Positions 11,380 through 24,073 of a stretch of 64,000 bases of DNA are shown piece after piece. The notes beneath the pieces were generated by a model. The model had not been told where the DNA came from and did not search any database. It was given only the letters and a program-made list of their open reading frames with translations. Made by a program: the position numbers and the translations under genes. The DNA is from Sporopachydermia quercuum. Taxonomy: Eukaryota. Each line of letters begins with the position of its first letter. Position 1 is the first letter of the stretch. The DNA lies in assembly GCA_001599295.1 (NCBI GenBank), contig BCGN01000007.1, positions 508,433-572,432 of the forward strand, given 5' to 3'.

Positions 11380-14187
11380 GATAAGGTTACTACCTAACTC
11401 AAATAAAATGTGCCAAGAATAGATAACTTGGGAAGTTTAACGAGTTGATAAATAAATTGTTCTGGAAACCTTTATCAACTTGAATACTATACTACACAGT
11501 ACGATGCAACGTTATTATTTGACTGTGCGGAGAGAAAATTTCAATTTTCAGAACTGCGGCTTCCGATGGAAAATTCAAGATGATTCTTTTCGTCTGAAAA
11601 CCTTTGGTTTGGTATCCAAACTATAAGCTACTTCTTCAAAATAAAACATTTTACGAGAAATGGCATCAGTAGAGTAAGTCTGATTGACTTACGCTGCTAC
11701 CTCTGCAACATTGTTTTAACATGGTTTGTTCAGCCGTTAGCAAGTTTGTGAAAACTAGAAACACCAGCATTATATTGTGCAAGACCCTTCTTATTAACAC
11801 TACTTTAGTTCCCTATTATGAAGTTCTACCGAATACTTCATTCATATTTCACTAATTCGATGACACATTTTAACTTTATCAATAAACTTAATCTTATCCG
11901 TATCAACTATTATGGGCTCCATCCTTCCAAAAAGGGAAATTCTGAGCTATCGATCCAGCGATGAGCTTTCATAGCTTGGCTTCAGCAAAGATAAAGAAAT
12001 TCTGATTACTCTTAATAGTAATAAGCATGGATAGGATAAAAAAACAATATGAATCAAAAGCTAAGACACCAATCATGCACTGTGTACTAATAAATGTGAC
12101 CGAATTGATGCTCAAATGGATTGTTTAAAGGTCTAATGCTCAATTTGAGTGTTTCACCNTAATATTCTGGTACCTGATTGATTAGCAAGAGCAATCAGTA
12201 TCTTTCGACACTAATCAACAAGAAGAATTCAGTTTCTTGATAATTTAGCACGATGCATGTTTGAGTGTTGATTAGCAACTAATCAGTGAACTTAAAATTG
12301 GAGTCCTCATCAAGTTGCTGTCAAGCATAAGACTTATTAATGATATTTGGCTTCTAACAAAAATATGGATATGATATTGAGATTCACAAGGTTCTTCAAG
12401 TAAAATGAACTCATTTTACTTTGCAATTATTGAGTTTAACTTTTNAACTATAATCTTATATCTCAACCTTAATTCCCAATTTCTCGATGTTCGTATTTCT
12501 GACTTGGAAAGGGATGCATGATTGGTACACTAAAAGACTCTGTTAGAATAATAAGAAATAGCATTTGTCTTAAAGCATAAAACCATAAGGCACCATAAGT
12601 GGAGAACGAAGAAAAGTAGCGATGGAGTTCAGAAAGGAATTTGAAGGAGTTTAAAGGTCCATAAGACTACTTCAAAGCTGAGCAATCCTTACTAGTGAAT
12701 ACTAATTGAAGCATACAGTAAAAGTTGTCTATTTTACTTTCATTCAGAAACCTGTTAGATACAAATAAATGCAAAGTAAAAGGAATCGTTGTTTGCTTTA
12801 TCTCCAACTTTGAAGGTATAGTTTCTACTAGTGTCAATAAAAAGCAATAAACCTCACTCCGATAACTGTCTTCTCTTGTCATATTGCCACTCATCTTTTC
12901 CTTAGACATCTCCCAACTACTTTTACTATCATTGTAATAAAACTTTCATGTCAATCCTAATGTTCTACTCAACATTAGTTTCTTTATAAGATATTGAATA
13001 ATCATTTAATGATGTCCTTGATACGTTATTCCACTGCTTCAAGTAGGACAATATCTCTCACCTCATCTTGCTATCTCTTTCGTTATTAAGTAACTACAAC
13101 CTGCTCTATCAATCACCGGATCATTTATACTTTATTGAGTATTGATTTCCATTGCCTAGACCAGTAGCCAAGCCAAGCAACTAGATTTCCGATACTTTTG
13201 AAAGATATGCGATGTAATGAGAAAGATTGACCTCCGTACAAGAGTATACAAGAGGCCAGTATTACTAGTAAAGCTACTTCGGTACGGTTTCGAATGCATA
13301 AGTATATTTCTCATTTAAAGTTTCACAGTTGAACCCATCTAAGCATAAGTATCTTGTATCAAAGCAATATGAATAATATCTGAAAAGGCACTTCGATGGG
13401 ACAAGAGATAAGATTGCATTCTATCTTAGAAAATGTGAATAGAATACGATTGCACTGATACAATGAAACGGTCAAAGTTTGAAAAGCAAGGTTTGTTATT
13501 GCAAGGGATCTGTAGGACATCCCATAAGGCTGCTCCGCTTGATGATATCTCCTTTGGGTTTAACGTTTGACAGGGTCCAAGTTGACCCTGTCCAAAATGT
13601 ATTAGCCTTTCAAGTGTTAAAACAACCGAAATAGTGTTTTCGAAGTAATTCATTTCTAGCAAGCAAAATCTTTAATTCTTTCTTGGGTCCAAGCATGTAT
13701 ATTCAATTTAATAGAAACTAATCATTTCCTAGTCACTATTACACCATACATTACATTTCATGCTTTCTTAGCATGAAATGTAATTTACAATGTGAACCTT
13801 ATTTCACTTAAACCTTGTATGTAGTCTTATCAGCAGCAATTGAATATCTCTGGATACAGCGAATCTGAACTCCAGATTATGAGTTCATAAGAGCTTTCAT
13901 TTTATATAATAAGATGTTCTATTGTAAATTTAGGTTCTACAGGGTCCAGGGTCCTAAAAGACTAATTCTGGCTTGATATTATGGCCATCCGGCTTCAGGC
14001 AATTGGTTGTGTAATACAAGTATTAAGTGATACATATGTTAAGCACCACCAGTAGTTCATACTCATGTTCAGTTTATCTTCAATGACGATCCATTAACCA
14101 GTTTCGTAATTAAGTTTATTCAGGTCAATCAAATGATTCAAAAACCAAGAAATCAAACGTTGATGTGAAAAGGCAGTTCTTGATAAG
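11380..14187. promoter_or_regulatory. Dispersed GATAAG elements (nitrogen-responsive GATA factor type) upstream of the ammonium permease
   Basis: GATAAG or CTTATC at 11380, 11893, 13407, 13826 and 14182. MEP genes are known GATA-factor targets, but the hexamer is short. Confidence 0.4.
13750..13784. repeat. Perfect 15-bp inverted repeat with 5-nt spacer
   Basis: ATTACATTTCATGCT-ttctt-AGCATGAAATGTAAT. Confidence 0.9.
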
Positions 14188-14898
14188 TGTGATTTACTCC
14201 AATTAGCTGGATAGCCTCGAATGCATTTGACAATTTTTATTATTGTTTTGAAAGTTGCTAATTCTTCTGAGAGAGCAAAGAACAGTGACTAGTGTCAAAT
14301 CAGCTGATTATATTCCTGTAATCGCTATAAATCAAATACTGATAATAAATACTCTCTAATCTATTTCACAACTCAGCATCAAGCATAAGCGTATGCATTC
14401 ACACTCAATTCTTCCCTATCAGTTCCTTCTATGCAATTCTTGAAATAGCTAGAGTTTAACTAATTTCAACATGACTTGAACTTTAAATCTTGTTTTCTAA
14501 TAAGCCAAATTTAGACTTTAAAATCACCTGAACTTTAATTAAATAAAGTTTATCTTCCTTACTCTGCCTCAATCAATTCACTCAACACATCAGTAAACTA
14601 TATCAATTGATGAGATTGCTTGCCAAAACAGCAGCTTAAACTTATTTACAAGGTATTGGTTATTTACTACTTGATGAAAGTATTTATATTGCAGAATTTC
14701 CTGTTTCTATTCAAGTAGGTAGTTGTGGACATTNGATCTGAAATGATAAAATTGTTCATTGAGCTTCAATCGATTTTGTGCTATACTATGTCAGTATTAA
14801 TACGACAAGTATCAATATCATACAATCTATAGAGACAAGTTAGTATCAAAAGTATCACATACAAATACCACCAAAAATAATAGTAGCAAGCAACGGAA

Positions 14899-16368
14899 AT
14901 GCCTGAATTCCCCGAAAACTATGCCCCGAATGGGTTTGCTTCGGGCCTACTCTTGAGAGCAAGAGACCTTGAACGAAGACAGTCACAGTACGGCAATTAT
15001 GAGGAACAGGTAGCACCATATAACATGACCGATTTTGGTTTTATTATATTTTGTACTGTCATTGTTTTCATCATTACTCCTGCTATCGGTATGTTCTACG
15101 GAGGTTTCTTGCCAAAGAAGAACACTATTAGCATGTTATTTCAAACTTACATGATCACATCTGTTGTCACTATTGTATGGTATTTATTCGGCTGGTCCTT
15201 ATCAACTTCTCCTAATTCTTCCTCGGGTATTTATGGAAACTTCCATCATGCTGCTTTATCGAATATCGAAATGCAACCTTTATCTGAAGATGGAAATATT
15301 CCTGCTATTCTATATTTCGCTTTCTCATCTTTCTTTCCTGTGTGTACTGTCCAAATTTTCATTGGTTCCGTTGGGGGAAGAGGTAACATCCTAAGCTCTT
15401 TAGCCGTGGCCGTCCTTTGGACGATTTTTGTCTATTGCCCACTTTCATACTGGACTTGGAATGGAAACGGATGGCTATATAAGTTAGGTGATCTTGATTT
15501 TGCTGGTGGTGGTCCAGTGCACATTGCTTCAGGATGTGCCTCAGCCACTTTTTCTTTCTTCATGGGACCCAGAACTGAATGGAAAAAGAACGGCCCAATT
15601 TCACATCATAAAGCACCAAGTCCATATATTACCTTTGTTGGTGTTTCACTTATTTGGATGGGATGGTTATGTTTCAACGCTGGATCATTATTAGCTGTTA
15701 ATGTCAGAACTGCATATATTATTGCCAATACTCAATTAGCTGCAACCTTCGCATGTACTACTTTCGTTTTCATTGACTATGCTATGACTGGTAAGTTGTC
15801 ATTAATCGCTGCATGTGAAGGTGCTATTTCTGGTTTAGTAGGTATCACACCAGCTTGCGGTTTCACTACAACTTGGGCTGCATGTATCGTTGGAATTCTT
15901 ACTGCCGTTGCTTGCAGATTGACTTACAGTGTGAATAAGTGGATTAGAATTGACGATACTATCTATTCTTTCAACTTGCACGGAATCGGTGGAGTAGTTG
16001 GATCAGTCCTTACCGGTATTTTCGCTTCACCAGCTGTCACTGCTACTGATGGTGCTTCTGTTATTGAAGGTGGTTGGGTTGCTGGCCACTGGGTTCAAAT
16101 GGGTTATCAAATTGCAGCTATTCTTGCAGTTATCGCTTGGACTTGCGCTTTCACATATATTATCTGTTTCCTCGTTAACTTAGTTCCTTTCTTGAAGATC
16201 AGAGTTCCTGAAGAAGCTGAAGAAAAAGGAATTGATATTTATTATATGTATGAAACTTTNGATCCCTCTATGGCTGATCACGAAGAATCAACTGTCGAAT
16301 ACATTGGACAGTCGAGTGATGTTTCAAGTATTAACCAAGTCGGTGAAGTCGTCGAGACAAAGGTTTAA
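14899..16368 (+). CDS. Mep/Amt ammonium transporter family protein, divergent twin-His type
   Basis: 489 aa, many hydrophobic segments; DFAGGGPVH, WMGWLCFNAGS, GLVGITPACG, IDD...HGIGG, EEKGID. Confidence 0.93.
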   Translation: MPEFPENYAPNGFASGLLLRARDLERRQSQYGNYEEQVAPYNMTDFGFIIFCTVIVFIITPAIGMFYGGFLPKKNTISMLFQTYMITSVVTIVWYLFGWSLSTSPNSSSGIYGNFHHAALSNIEMQPLSEDGNIPAILYFAFSSFFPVCTVQIFIGSVGGRGNILSSLAVAVLWTIFVYCPLSYWTWNGNGWLYKLGDLDFAGGGPVHIASGCASATFSFFMGPRTEWKKNGPISHHKAPSPYITFVGVSLIWMGWLCFNAGSLLAVNVRTAYIIANTQLAATFACTTFVFIDYAMTGKLSLIAACEGAISGLVGITPACGFTTTWAACIVGILTAVACRLTYSVNKWIRIDDTIYSFNLHGIGGVVGSVLTGIFASPAVTATDGASVIEGGWVAGHWVQMGYQIAAILAVIAWTCAFTYIICFLVNLVPFLKIRVPEEAEEKGIDIYYMYETXDPSMADHEESTVEYIGQSSDVSSINQVGEVVETKV

Positions 16369-16727
16369 TGTCTGAAATTTCAGGTTATTTTTATTTTTCA
16401 TTTTTTTACTTCATTTATATTCTAATCCATATAGTTTTATAACAAATAATAACTCTGGTTAGTTCTTATTCAGTATTAGATGTCGTAAACGTGTATGGTC
16501 TAGGAAAAAAAATCAAAGAGAAAGCGGCAGAAGTTTAGGAATGATGCTGCAGAGTTAATCGTTTCATTCAGCCGTCTGGATAGACTTGGCAATTATTCAT
16601 ATGGTACAAGAAAAATAGGATCAGCAATAGTAGTAAACCCGTGCAGTCGAATAGCCAGCAAATATAGGAGAATTATTGCACGTTCCACTACTGTGATCNA
16701 TATCATGAAGTTGNAAAATTCAATGGC

Positions 16728-16801
16728 GGTTCGATGGTCTAGTTGGTCATGGCATCTGCTTAACACGCAGAACGTCCCCAGTTCGATCCTGGGTCGAATC
16801 A
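16728..16801 (+). tRNA. tRNA-Val(AAC), intronless
   Basis: GGTTCGA..TCGAATC acceptor stem, TCTGC-TTAACAC-GCAGA anticodon arm, GTTCGATC T-loop, T7 Pol III terminator at 16809-16815. Confidence 0.97.
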
Positions 16802-18725
16802 TCGTTACTTTTTTTCAGCTTCGATTTCTCGCTTTTGGGGGGTTGATTGCTTTTTGCAGTTCTTAGTTTTTTCTTCATCTTTCCTATTTCGACTTCTCCC
16901 TTTTTCATTATGCTACCTCAATCGAACATAAACACATTTAATGCATCTAGTTTCTCCTCTCCGCTTTCTTCGTAATCAGTTATTTAGTTATGTCAGCGAT
17001 TACCCACAACGACCTCTCGTTCATTTTTTTATTGCTTTAACTATTTTTCATAAAATTTAATCCCGATATCGAAGGAAACACTTGATAAGTGATTATCATA
17101 TTTCACGTACCTCCCCATAAAATAATTAACTCTCAGATCGTTCTTCCCTCCCATTCGTACTCCGGCAAACTTACAATCATACACTTCAACTACCTCCTAA
17201 CCCGAAGCCGACCCCGTTTTGGGAACGATGGCTTAGAGTTATTCATAAGAACCTTTCAGAGTTCAACTCATTGCCAGCGCTGTAAAGAGGATATATAGGA
17301 AATAGTTCTTTAAACTTATAATTGTTCATCAAGTTTCTTATTTGAATATATGAATATTTGTTACTCTCATTGATAATCGCTTTCCGTTGATCTAGCAGAA
17401 AGTTTCGGAAATAATAGTAAAATTAGAAATGCTAACAAGGCGTATTATTTCCAATATTTTGAAAGAAACCCACGTGATGATATTGAACCCGATTGCTTGG
17501 AAATAGATTATACCTGAATTAGTTGCNTTTGAAGAGACAATAAACTACCGGTATTGTTTCTTTGGTCTTGTAGATATGAGCTGACTAAATTTACTAATCC
17601 TTTGAAGAATCTTCTACAATGGGTTGTGCAGGATTCTTTGCATTTGATAGCAATATCATTGACATTAGTTCGGCCGTGCATCTTAAGGCTCCTTGCTTCG
17701 AACAGCGCCTGAAAAAAGAAAACCAGTTCTGTGCTGTCTCCTAAATTGAGTACTTCCAGTAGCACTAATTTACTTCAACCAAATATATTTCACTCTATAG
17801 ATACTTCTTTTTCTGTTCTTAATTTTCACCATCGATCACTCAATACCGGAAATAATACTCTTTCCCGTTCCGTACATGAAAATTGACATTCACATTCCTA
17901 GAACTATTACTTATCTGTACATTATATACTTCACATCTCATCTTTCAACTGCTTACTACTGCCCAGCATTCCAATCTCTCTTACAATGGAAAACCGGCCA
18001 GAGAAATCATTCTTAATCACTAATAATATCCAGCAAATTCTAACACTTCTCAAAGCCATCTTCCCATTGTTACCTTAATTCTCACAGTAAGACACATACT
18101 TTCCCACGCCAACATCTTCGATCTCTCATATAACCCCCGTATCTTATCTTATCACATGACTTCTATTTACCCTTTTCTTTATGTATACATGAACCTCAGC
18201 ACCATACCCAAGCTTATATAGTCCTTCTTCGGATTTGCTTCGCAGTTCGAAGCTGTTTTGTCCCTTTCCTTTCATTTCACCAATAAATGATTGCAGTTCA
18301 TGAATCTTATTGATTAGGGAAATTTATGAAAATCATCATCTCGTTTCAGTAAAAGTCGCGAATTTCTACTATAAAGAAACACAAACATACGTTTGAATCT
18401 TTACACTTTGATTGATTCATTTTTTTATATCATATAAGTTCGACTTGTTGTCTTGTGTATGGTATCAAGTGGAAGTAAGGTATCAGGAAATTGTTCAGAG
18501 AACTGGTTGACAGATCATTGCAATAGGATATCTAATAAGTTATTAAAAACGGGCGACAACGAGGGAAAAGGCATTTTTGGAGTTCTTTTTGTTAATTTTT
18601 AGGATATAATATATATTAATTGGATTGANACGCTACTTCATTTATTGAACTGAAGTGGCTTAGGCGGTTAAAACATATAGAAGATAAGAAGAGAAAGAAA
18701 CGAGACAGTATAGAACACCTTAAAA

Positions 18726-20675
18726 ATGGGCCTCAATAATCCTGTTCCAAGAAGTTTGAAGAATGAAAGCAAGTATGTTTAAAGGATTTTTGGTTGATTG
18801 TTGATGTGCTGTGATTATCAGATATGAACAGTTAATGGGATATGAAGATGGAGATAGCATGATATGATATGATGTCCAGGAGAATTGGAAAGCGAAATGG
18901 GTAGAATATGGTAAAATTCGTGGATTGAATTCTTCTTCTTTAAATTTTGATGCATGCTGCTGCAACATGGTTGTGACTGGATTAACTGGTGATTTGTTTA
19001 TATTTGATAACAAGCATTACTGATTCTATGTTTAAGATCTTTGACAATATAAGCCCTCCGCAACACATTTAGGAGTTTCAAGAATTCTTGCAAAGGCACT
19101 TGTGCCATTATCAACTGATTTGGGGTAATCCTAAGCGATTCAATAACACGCGACGTAGCTATCAATGATCACACTTGTCAGCGTATCAACACTTATCTCT
19201 AATCTCTGATCTCCCTTGTATCGGATAACACATACATATGATGACTCTTCAGCACAGCAACATAGTAACAATACTAACATAATTTACAGGAAAGCTGCAA
19301 AAGTGCTTGCTTCATTCATCAAGCCAAATCAGATTTTAGGAGCTGACATGGTATGTATTTACACATTTCAAACGATATTTGCCAACTGCATATACGACAT
19401 TCATACATTCATACTAACTATCTACAGGTCATTCCTCCTGAGGTTTTGAGAGCTGCAAAAGGTTTAGCCATCATCACTGTGCTTAAAGCTGGATTCTTAT
19501 TCTCGGGCAGAGCAGGTTCTGGTGTGATTGTCGCTAGACTACCAGACGGTGGATGGTCAGCTCCTTCTGCTATCGTGACAGCAGGTGCAGGTGTCGGAGG
19601 TCAAATTGGTGCGGAAATCACTGATTTCGTTTTCATTCTCAATACTGACGCAGCAGTGCAGTCTTTCGCCCAAGCAGGCTCCATCACCCTTGGTGGAAAC
19701 ATTTCTTTAGCTGCTGGTCCTTTAGGTAGAAATGCTGAGGCTGGTGCATCAGCAAGTTTGAAAAGTGCTGCAGCTATTTTTGCCTATTCTAAAACAAAAG
19801 GTTTGTTTGCCGGTGTCTCTTTAGAAGGATCCGTCCTGATTGAAAGAAGAGAAGCCAATCGTAAGTTTTACGGAAAGAACTGTACAGCTAAAATGATTCT
19901 ATCAGGTAGAGTTGAACCTCCACCTGCTTGTGAGCCTTTATTCAGAGTTTTAGACTCCAAAGTGTTCAATTCCAACTTCCAGCCTTACGATGATGACTAT
20001 GATGATTACTATGATGATATTCCAGATTCATCGGATCTTGAATCCACCAATAGTGGCTCTCGAAGAGGTGGCTATACATCATCGAGAAACCGAAACAGAA
20101 GCAACAGAGACTATGACGAAGACGACGATGGAGATGATTACGGTGATTATGATGATTATGACTCAAGAGGACGTCGCACTCCAAGTGGTAAAAACGGANC
20201 ATCATCGTCATGGCAAGATGATATATACGACCAAGAGCCAAGGTCGTCACGTAGCAGACGTCAAAATGGAGATGATGATGTTGATGACCTAAATGATCGT
20301 TTCCAAAGAACACATTTCAAATCTACTTACTCAGATAAAGGTTATAGACCATCAGCACCAAAGCCTCATTATAAATCAGGTTCAGGCTCAGGCTCCAGTT
20401 CTAGAAGATTTGCCGATGAAGATGACAAAGGAGATGATTATTTCCCCCGGTCCAGCAAAACAGGAAGATCCTCAGTTCCACCACCACGACCACCTAAAGG
20501 AGATAAAGCCGTTGCTTTATATTCGTTTGATGGTGAACAATCAGGAGATTTGAGCTTCAAAAAAGGAGATGTTATTACTATTGTTAAAAAGAGTGAAAGT
20601 GTTGATGATTGGTGGACTGGAAGAATTAATGGTTCAGAAGGTATATTCCCCGCTAATTATGTTGAATTGTTATGA
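18726..20675 (+). CDS. YSC84: SYLF/YAB plus SH3 actin-patch protein; exons 18726-18772, 19290-19350, 19428-20675 (451 aa)
   Basis: Spliced MGLNNPVPRSLKNESKKAAKVLASFIKPNQILGADMVIPPEVLRAAKGLA...; C-terminal SH3 (ALYSFDG...DDWWTGR...GIFPANYV). Both introns GTATGT..TACTAAC..CAG. Confidence 0.95.
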
Positions 20676-21398
20676 ACTTAAATACTGATTTGACGCCCTA
20701 TCTATCTATCCTGTCTACTTGTACATCATACTATGAAGCTGGCTACTTTTTTTTTATCTTACTGCCCGGAATCCTATGATTTGTTCCTGGCTGTTTTTTT
20801 ATTTGTTTATCTCATTATGTATTATCTCCTATTCCAATCCATACTCATATTCATCCTTACACTCACTTCTGTTTTATTACTACGATCAGTTCTGTGAAAT
20901 GGCTCTGATTGTTTTCAATTGAACCCCTGCCAGTTTTCAGCATCTTATAAACTTCATTTTTTTCTTTTTCTTGTTGGTATGTATGTTCTATTTACACAGG
21001 CTTCTAATAGTAATTGTTGTTATGTTATAATGAAGATAAAAATAATGATAGTATTTTGGAAACTATATAATATTATCTTATCCGGTTTTGTAACAGCTTT
21101 TCCGGAAATTATACTGTTTCATGATCTCCGTGATCTCCGTTATTACCCCATACAAAGCATCTTTTTTATAAGGCGCTAAGAATCATTGTTTCCTTCTTTC
21201 TACTCTTCCTTATCAATTACTTACTATTATTCGTATTTCTCTATTAATTGCTATAATACTATACCTTTTTTTGCTTAAGCATATTTAGTATTTTCCCTGG
21301 GAACCGTTCTATTCTATTATTCTTTATTATAGTATTTCATCCAGCGTTTTTCTCGTGTCCTTCTATCGTCTATTCTGTGGTCTTGCCCTATCACAACC

Positions 21399-22967
21399 AT
21401 GGCTCAGCCATTTCCTGGACCAGTTGAGAAAACATGGAGTTTTCTTGTATCAGCATCAAACCAAGTAACGGGTTTTATCACTGATACCTCCAGCAGCATA
21501 TTGCAAGGAGATTACCTTCAACAGGCGTCAGAATCGATGAAAAGCATCAGTGATCATGTCTCGTCTACCATTGGGACTATTGCCTCCCTGGGCTCGAAAC
21601 CAGGGAAAAGTTCTGGGGCAGGTGACCCTGTGAACGGGTCGATTCGCGCGGCTTCCGGTAATGATTCTAACGGCATTTACAACAAAATGGCAAACTGGGC
21701 TGGTCACCATAAGCTTCTGACTGCTTTAATCATTGGTACTACTATCTACGCTACAGGATCAATAGTCCATTCTAGATACCAGCGTATGGAGAGGCGGAAA
21801 AGAAGAAAAGCCAAGAAAACAGCTAACGGAGCAAGAACTGAAGTTGTATTGATCATTGGAAGCCCTAATGAGTCTTTCTGTAGTGTTATTGCCAACGATT
21901 TAGAACGAAGAGGTTTTATTGTCTATATAACATGTACTTCTAGTGAAGAACAGGCAATCATCTCTTCACAAGGTTCCAATGATATCAAGCCTTTTAACAC
22001 CTTTGTCGGCAACGGTAAAAACAATGAATCCAATGAATCCATCAGTCAGAATCTGTCCTTTGTTAAAGATCAGTTCAAACGGTTTAACCATATGCTGTTA
22101 ACCGAGGTAGCTCCTTTCCCTGGTGCCAGACCTCATAGGTTCGCTCTGGCTGGTGTCATTGTCATACCAGATCTCTATTATACAACGGGACCTTTGGAAT
22201 TATCTACAGTTCCAACCTGGATTGAATCACTCAACACCAAATTGCTGTTCCCCATTGCCATGTTTTCTAATGGACTTCTTGACCTTGTTCGAGAGCAAGA
22301 TGCTCGTATTCTGCTGCTTTCACCGTGCATCATATCCAGCATATCACCACCTTTCCATAGCATTGAATCAGTAACCAGTAGTGCTCTCACAACATTATTC
22401 ACTACTTTACAGCGAGAATTGAGTCCTCAGAATGTTCCTGTGAGCCAGGTTCACATTGGGTCTTTTGAAACGTTTGCTTCAACAGCTGTTGCAGCTCAGA
22501 ATAATAACATAACGGCTGATATCCTTAGTTGGCCTCCAGAAGCAAGAAAGCTTTATGCTGGCGAATACAGGGCTGTTTCTAGTTTAACAGTCACATCTTC
22601 ATCTTCACCTTATGGAAGCTCTTCTAGTAGATATGGTTCCACTATGAGAGATTTGCATAGATTGGTATTTGATTTGTTGGCTATGGATAGAAGGAAACTA
22701 TCAAAGGATTACTATGTAGGAGCCGGTGCCAAGAGTTATGACTTGATAGGCAGATTTGTTCCTAAAGGTATTGTTTCCTGGTTGCTGAGTGCTGGTGGTC
22801 ATGTTGAAGTTAGGAGTAGGAGCAGAAGTAATAGTGATGATAATGGTAGTAGTACTTTCTACCCTACAGATGATGGCATAAGAGTTGAGCCTACTGTCAG
22901 TGATGATGGTAAGGAATTTAATGTTTATGAACAATCAGAAGAGAATGATGGCAATGCTTTTGCTTAA
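21399..22967 (+). CDS. YSC83: Ysc83/DUF1776-like protein (TM anchor plus degenerate SDR-like fold)
   Basis: TM segment followed by RRKAKKTANGARTEVVLIIGSP...ANDLERRGFIVY, typical of this fungal family; lies between YSC84 and ARG4 as YSC83 does in S. cerevisiae. Confidence 0.78.
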   Translation: MAQPFPGPVEKTWSFLVSASNQVTGFITDTSSSILQGDYLQQASESMKSISDHVSSTIGTIASLGSKPGKSSGAGDPVNGSIRAASGNDSNGIYNKMANWAGHHKLLTALIIGTTIYATGSIVHSRYQRMERRKRRKAKKTANGARTEVVLIIGSPNESFCSVIANDLERRGFIVYITCTSSEEQAIISSQGSNDIKPFNTFVGNGKNNESNESISQNLSFVKDQFKRFNHMLLTEVAPFPGARPHRFALAGVIVIPDLYYTTGPLELSTVPTWIESLNTKLLFPIAMFSNGLLDLVREQDARILLLSPCIISSISPPFHSIESVTSSALTTLFTTLQRELSPQNVPVSQVHIGSFETFASTAVAAQNNNITADILSWPPEARKLYAGEYRAVSSLTVTSSSSPYGSSSSRYGSTMRDLHRLVFDLLAMDRRKLSKDYYVGAGAKSYDLIGRFVPKGIVSWLLSAGGHVEVRSRSRSNSDDNGSSTFYPTDDGIRVEPTVSDDGKEFNVYEQSEENDGNAFA

Positions 22968-24073
22968 GCAGTTAATGATAATGTCTTTTAGTATATGGTT
23001 ATGTTTAGTAGTAGGATCGGCATAGGATTAACAATAGTATTAGCTACAAACAACGAATTGTTTCCAGTTCCTAGTACGTATATATGATTCTGGTATTCTG
23101 GTTGAGGGAATTATACTATTCTATACTATTGTTACATACTCAGTATGAACATCGTTGACATAGCGTGACTTTTAATAGCAATCTGAAAAGCAAGCATATA
23201 CTTAATTCTATTTCCATTTTTTTCTGTTCTAATTCCATAGTTTTTATAGACTTGTTCAAATCTAAACTCTTTAGCCAATCCTGGAGATAACTGCTGAAAT
23301 CACTNCCTCATTGTAATCTAAAAGCTCGTGTTGATGCTAAATGGGGAGATCCAGTAATGTGCTTTGTTAATCATGATTTAGTTGTTATTTAGGCATCATT
23401 TCGCTATTCTTTGGCTATTCTTAGATGTTATTTAGATAATATTCAGGTATTCTTGAAAGATCCTTTGATATCACGTACATTCTTGCGTTGAAAATTGCAG
23501 CCCCAGAGGCTGTGTACGGTTCCTCTTTTGCATTTAGCACATCAATCACTTCTTGTATTACTACCATATTACTATCAATTGCTGGACCTGTTGCTTGTAT
23601 GCTGGTTGTAGATATTTTATAATCTTATTTCAAAGGGTCAAAGAATCTCCTTCGCTTTGGTTATGTAAGAATGATTTGTTTTCGTTTAAATGTTCGTTTA
23701 ATGTTCTGCCAATCGTTTCCTTACTTTTCTTCCCATATAAACGTCAAATTTGTTTATAAATACTTATCAAGAATAGAATTGAATATGTAGTTTGAAATAA
23801 CAAATCAAAAAAGCAATGAAGAAAGAAGTAGTGTATTATAGTAGATAGTAAGACAAAATATGTATAAGCAACCATAGTCAATTCACCAGCGTAAACCAAA
23901 GTTCTAATTGTTATAACTACTACTACTACTACTATTAGTACACTAGACTTCTTATCTCCTCAATTCAATTACCTACAAATCTACTATTTCCNTTTTTTTT
24001 CTTACCAAATCTCAAATCTCCTTCCTATCTTCTTTCCTATCTACAAACGAATCTCCTTCAATCCACATCCACA

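Noticed and set aside
12541..12974. Solo LTR (TGTTAGAATA...ACTCAACA)
   Set aside because: Flanks GACTC and TTAGT do not form a target-site duplication; no second copy in the window.
19353..19427. ORF-track N-termini of YSC84, RSM18 (55835), RAD10 (5922), NPR3 (63835), COP1 (48271)
   Set aside because: They read through introns or use non-ATG starts; spliced or ATG starts match the family N-termini.
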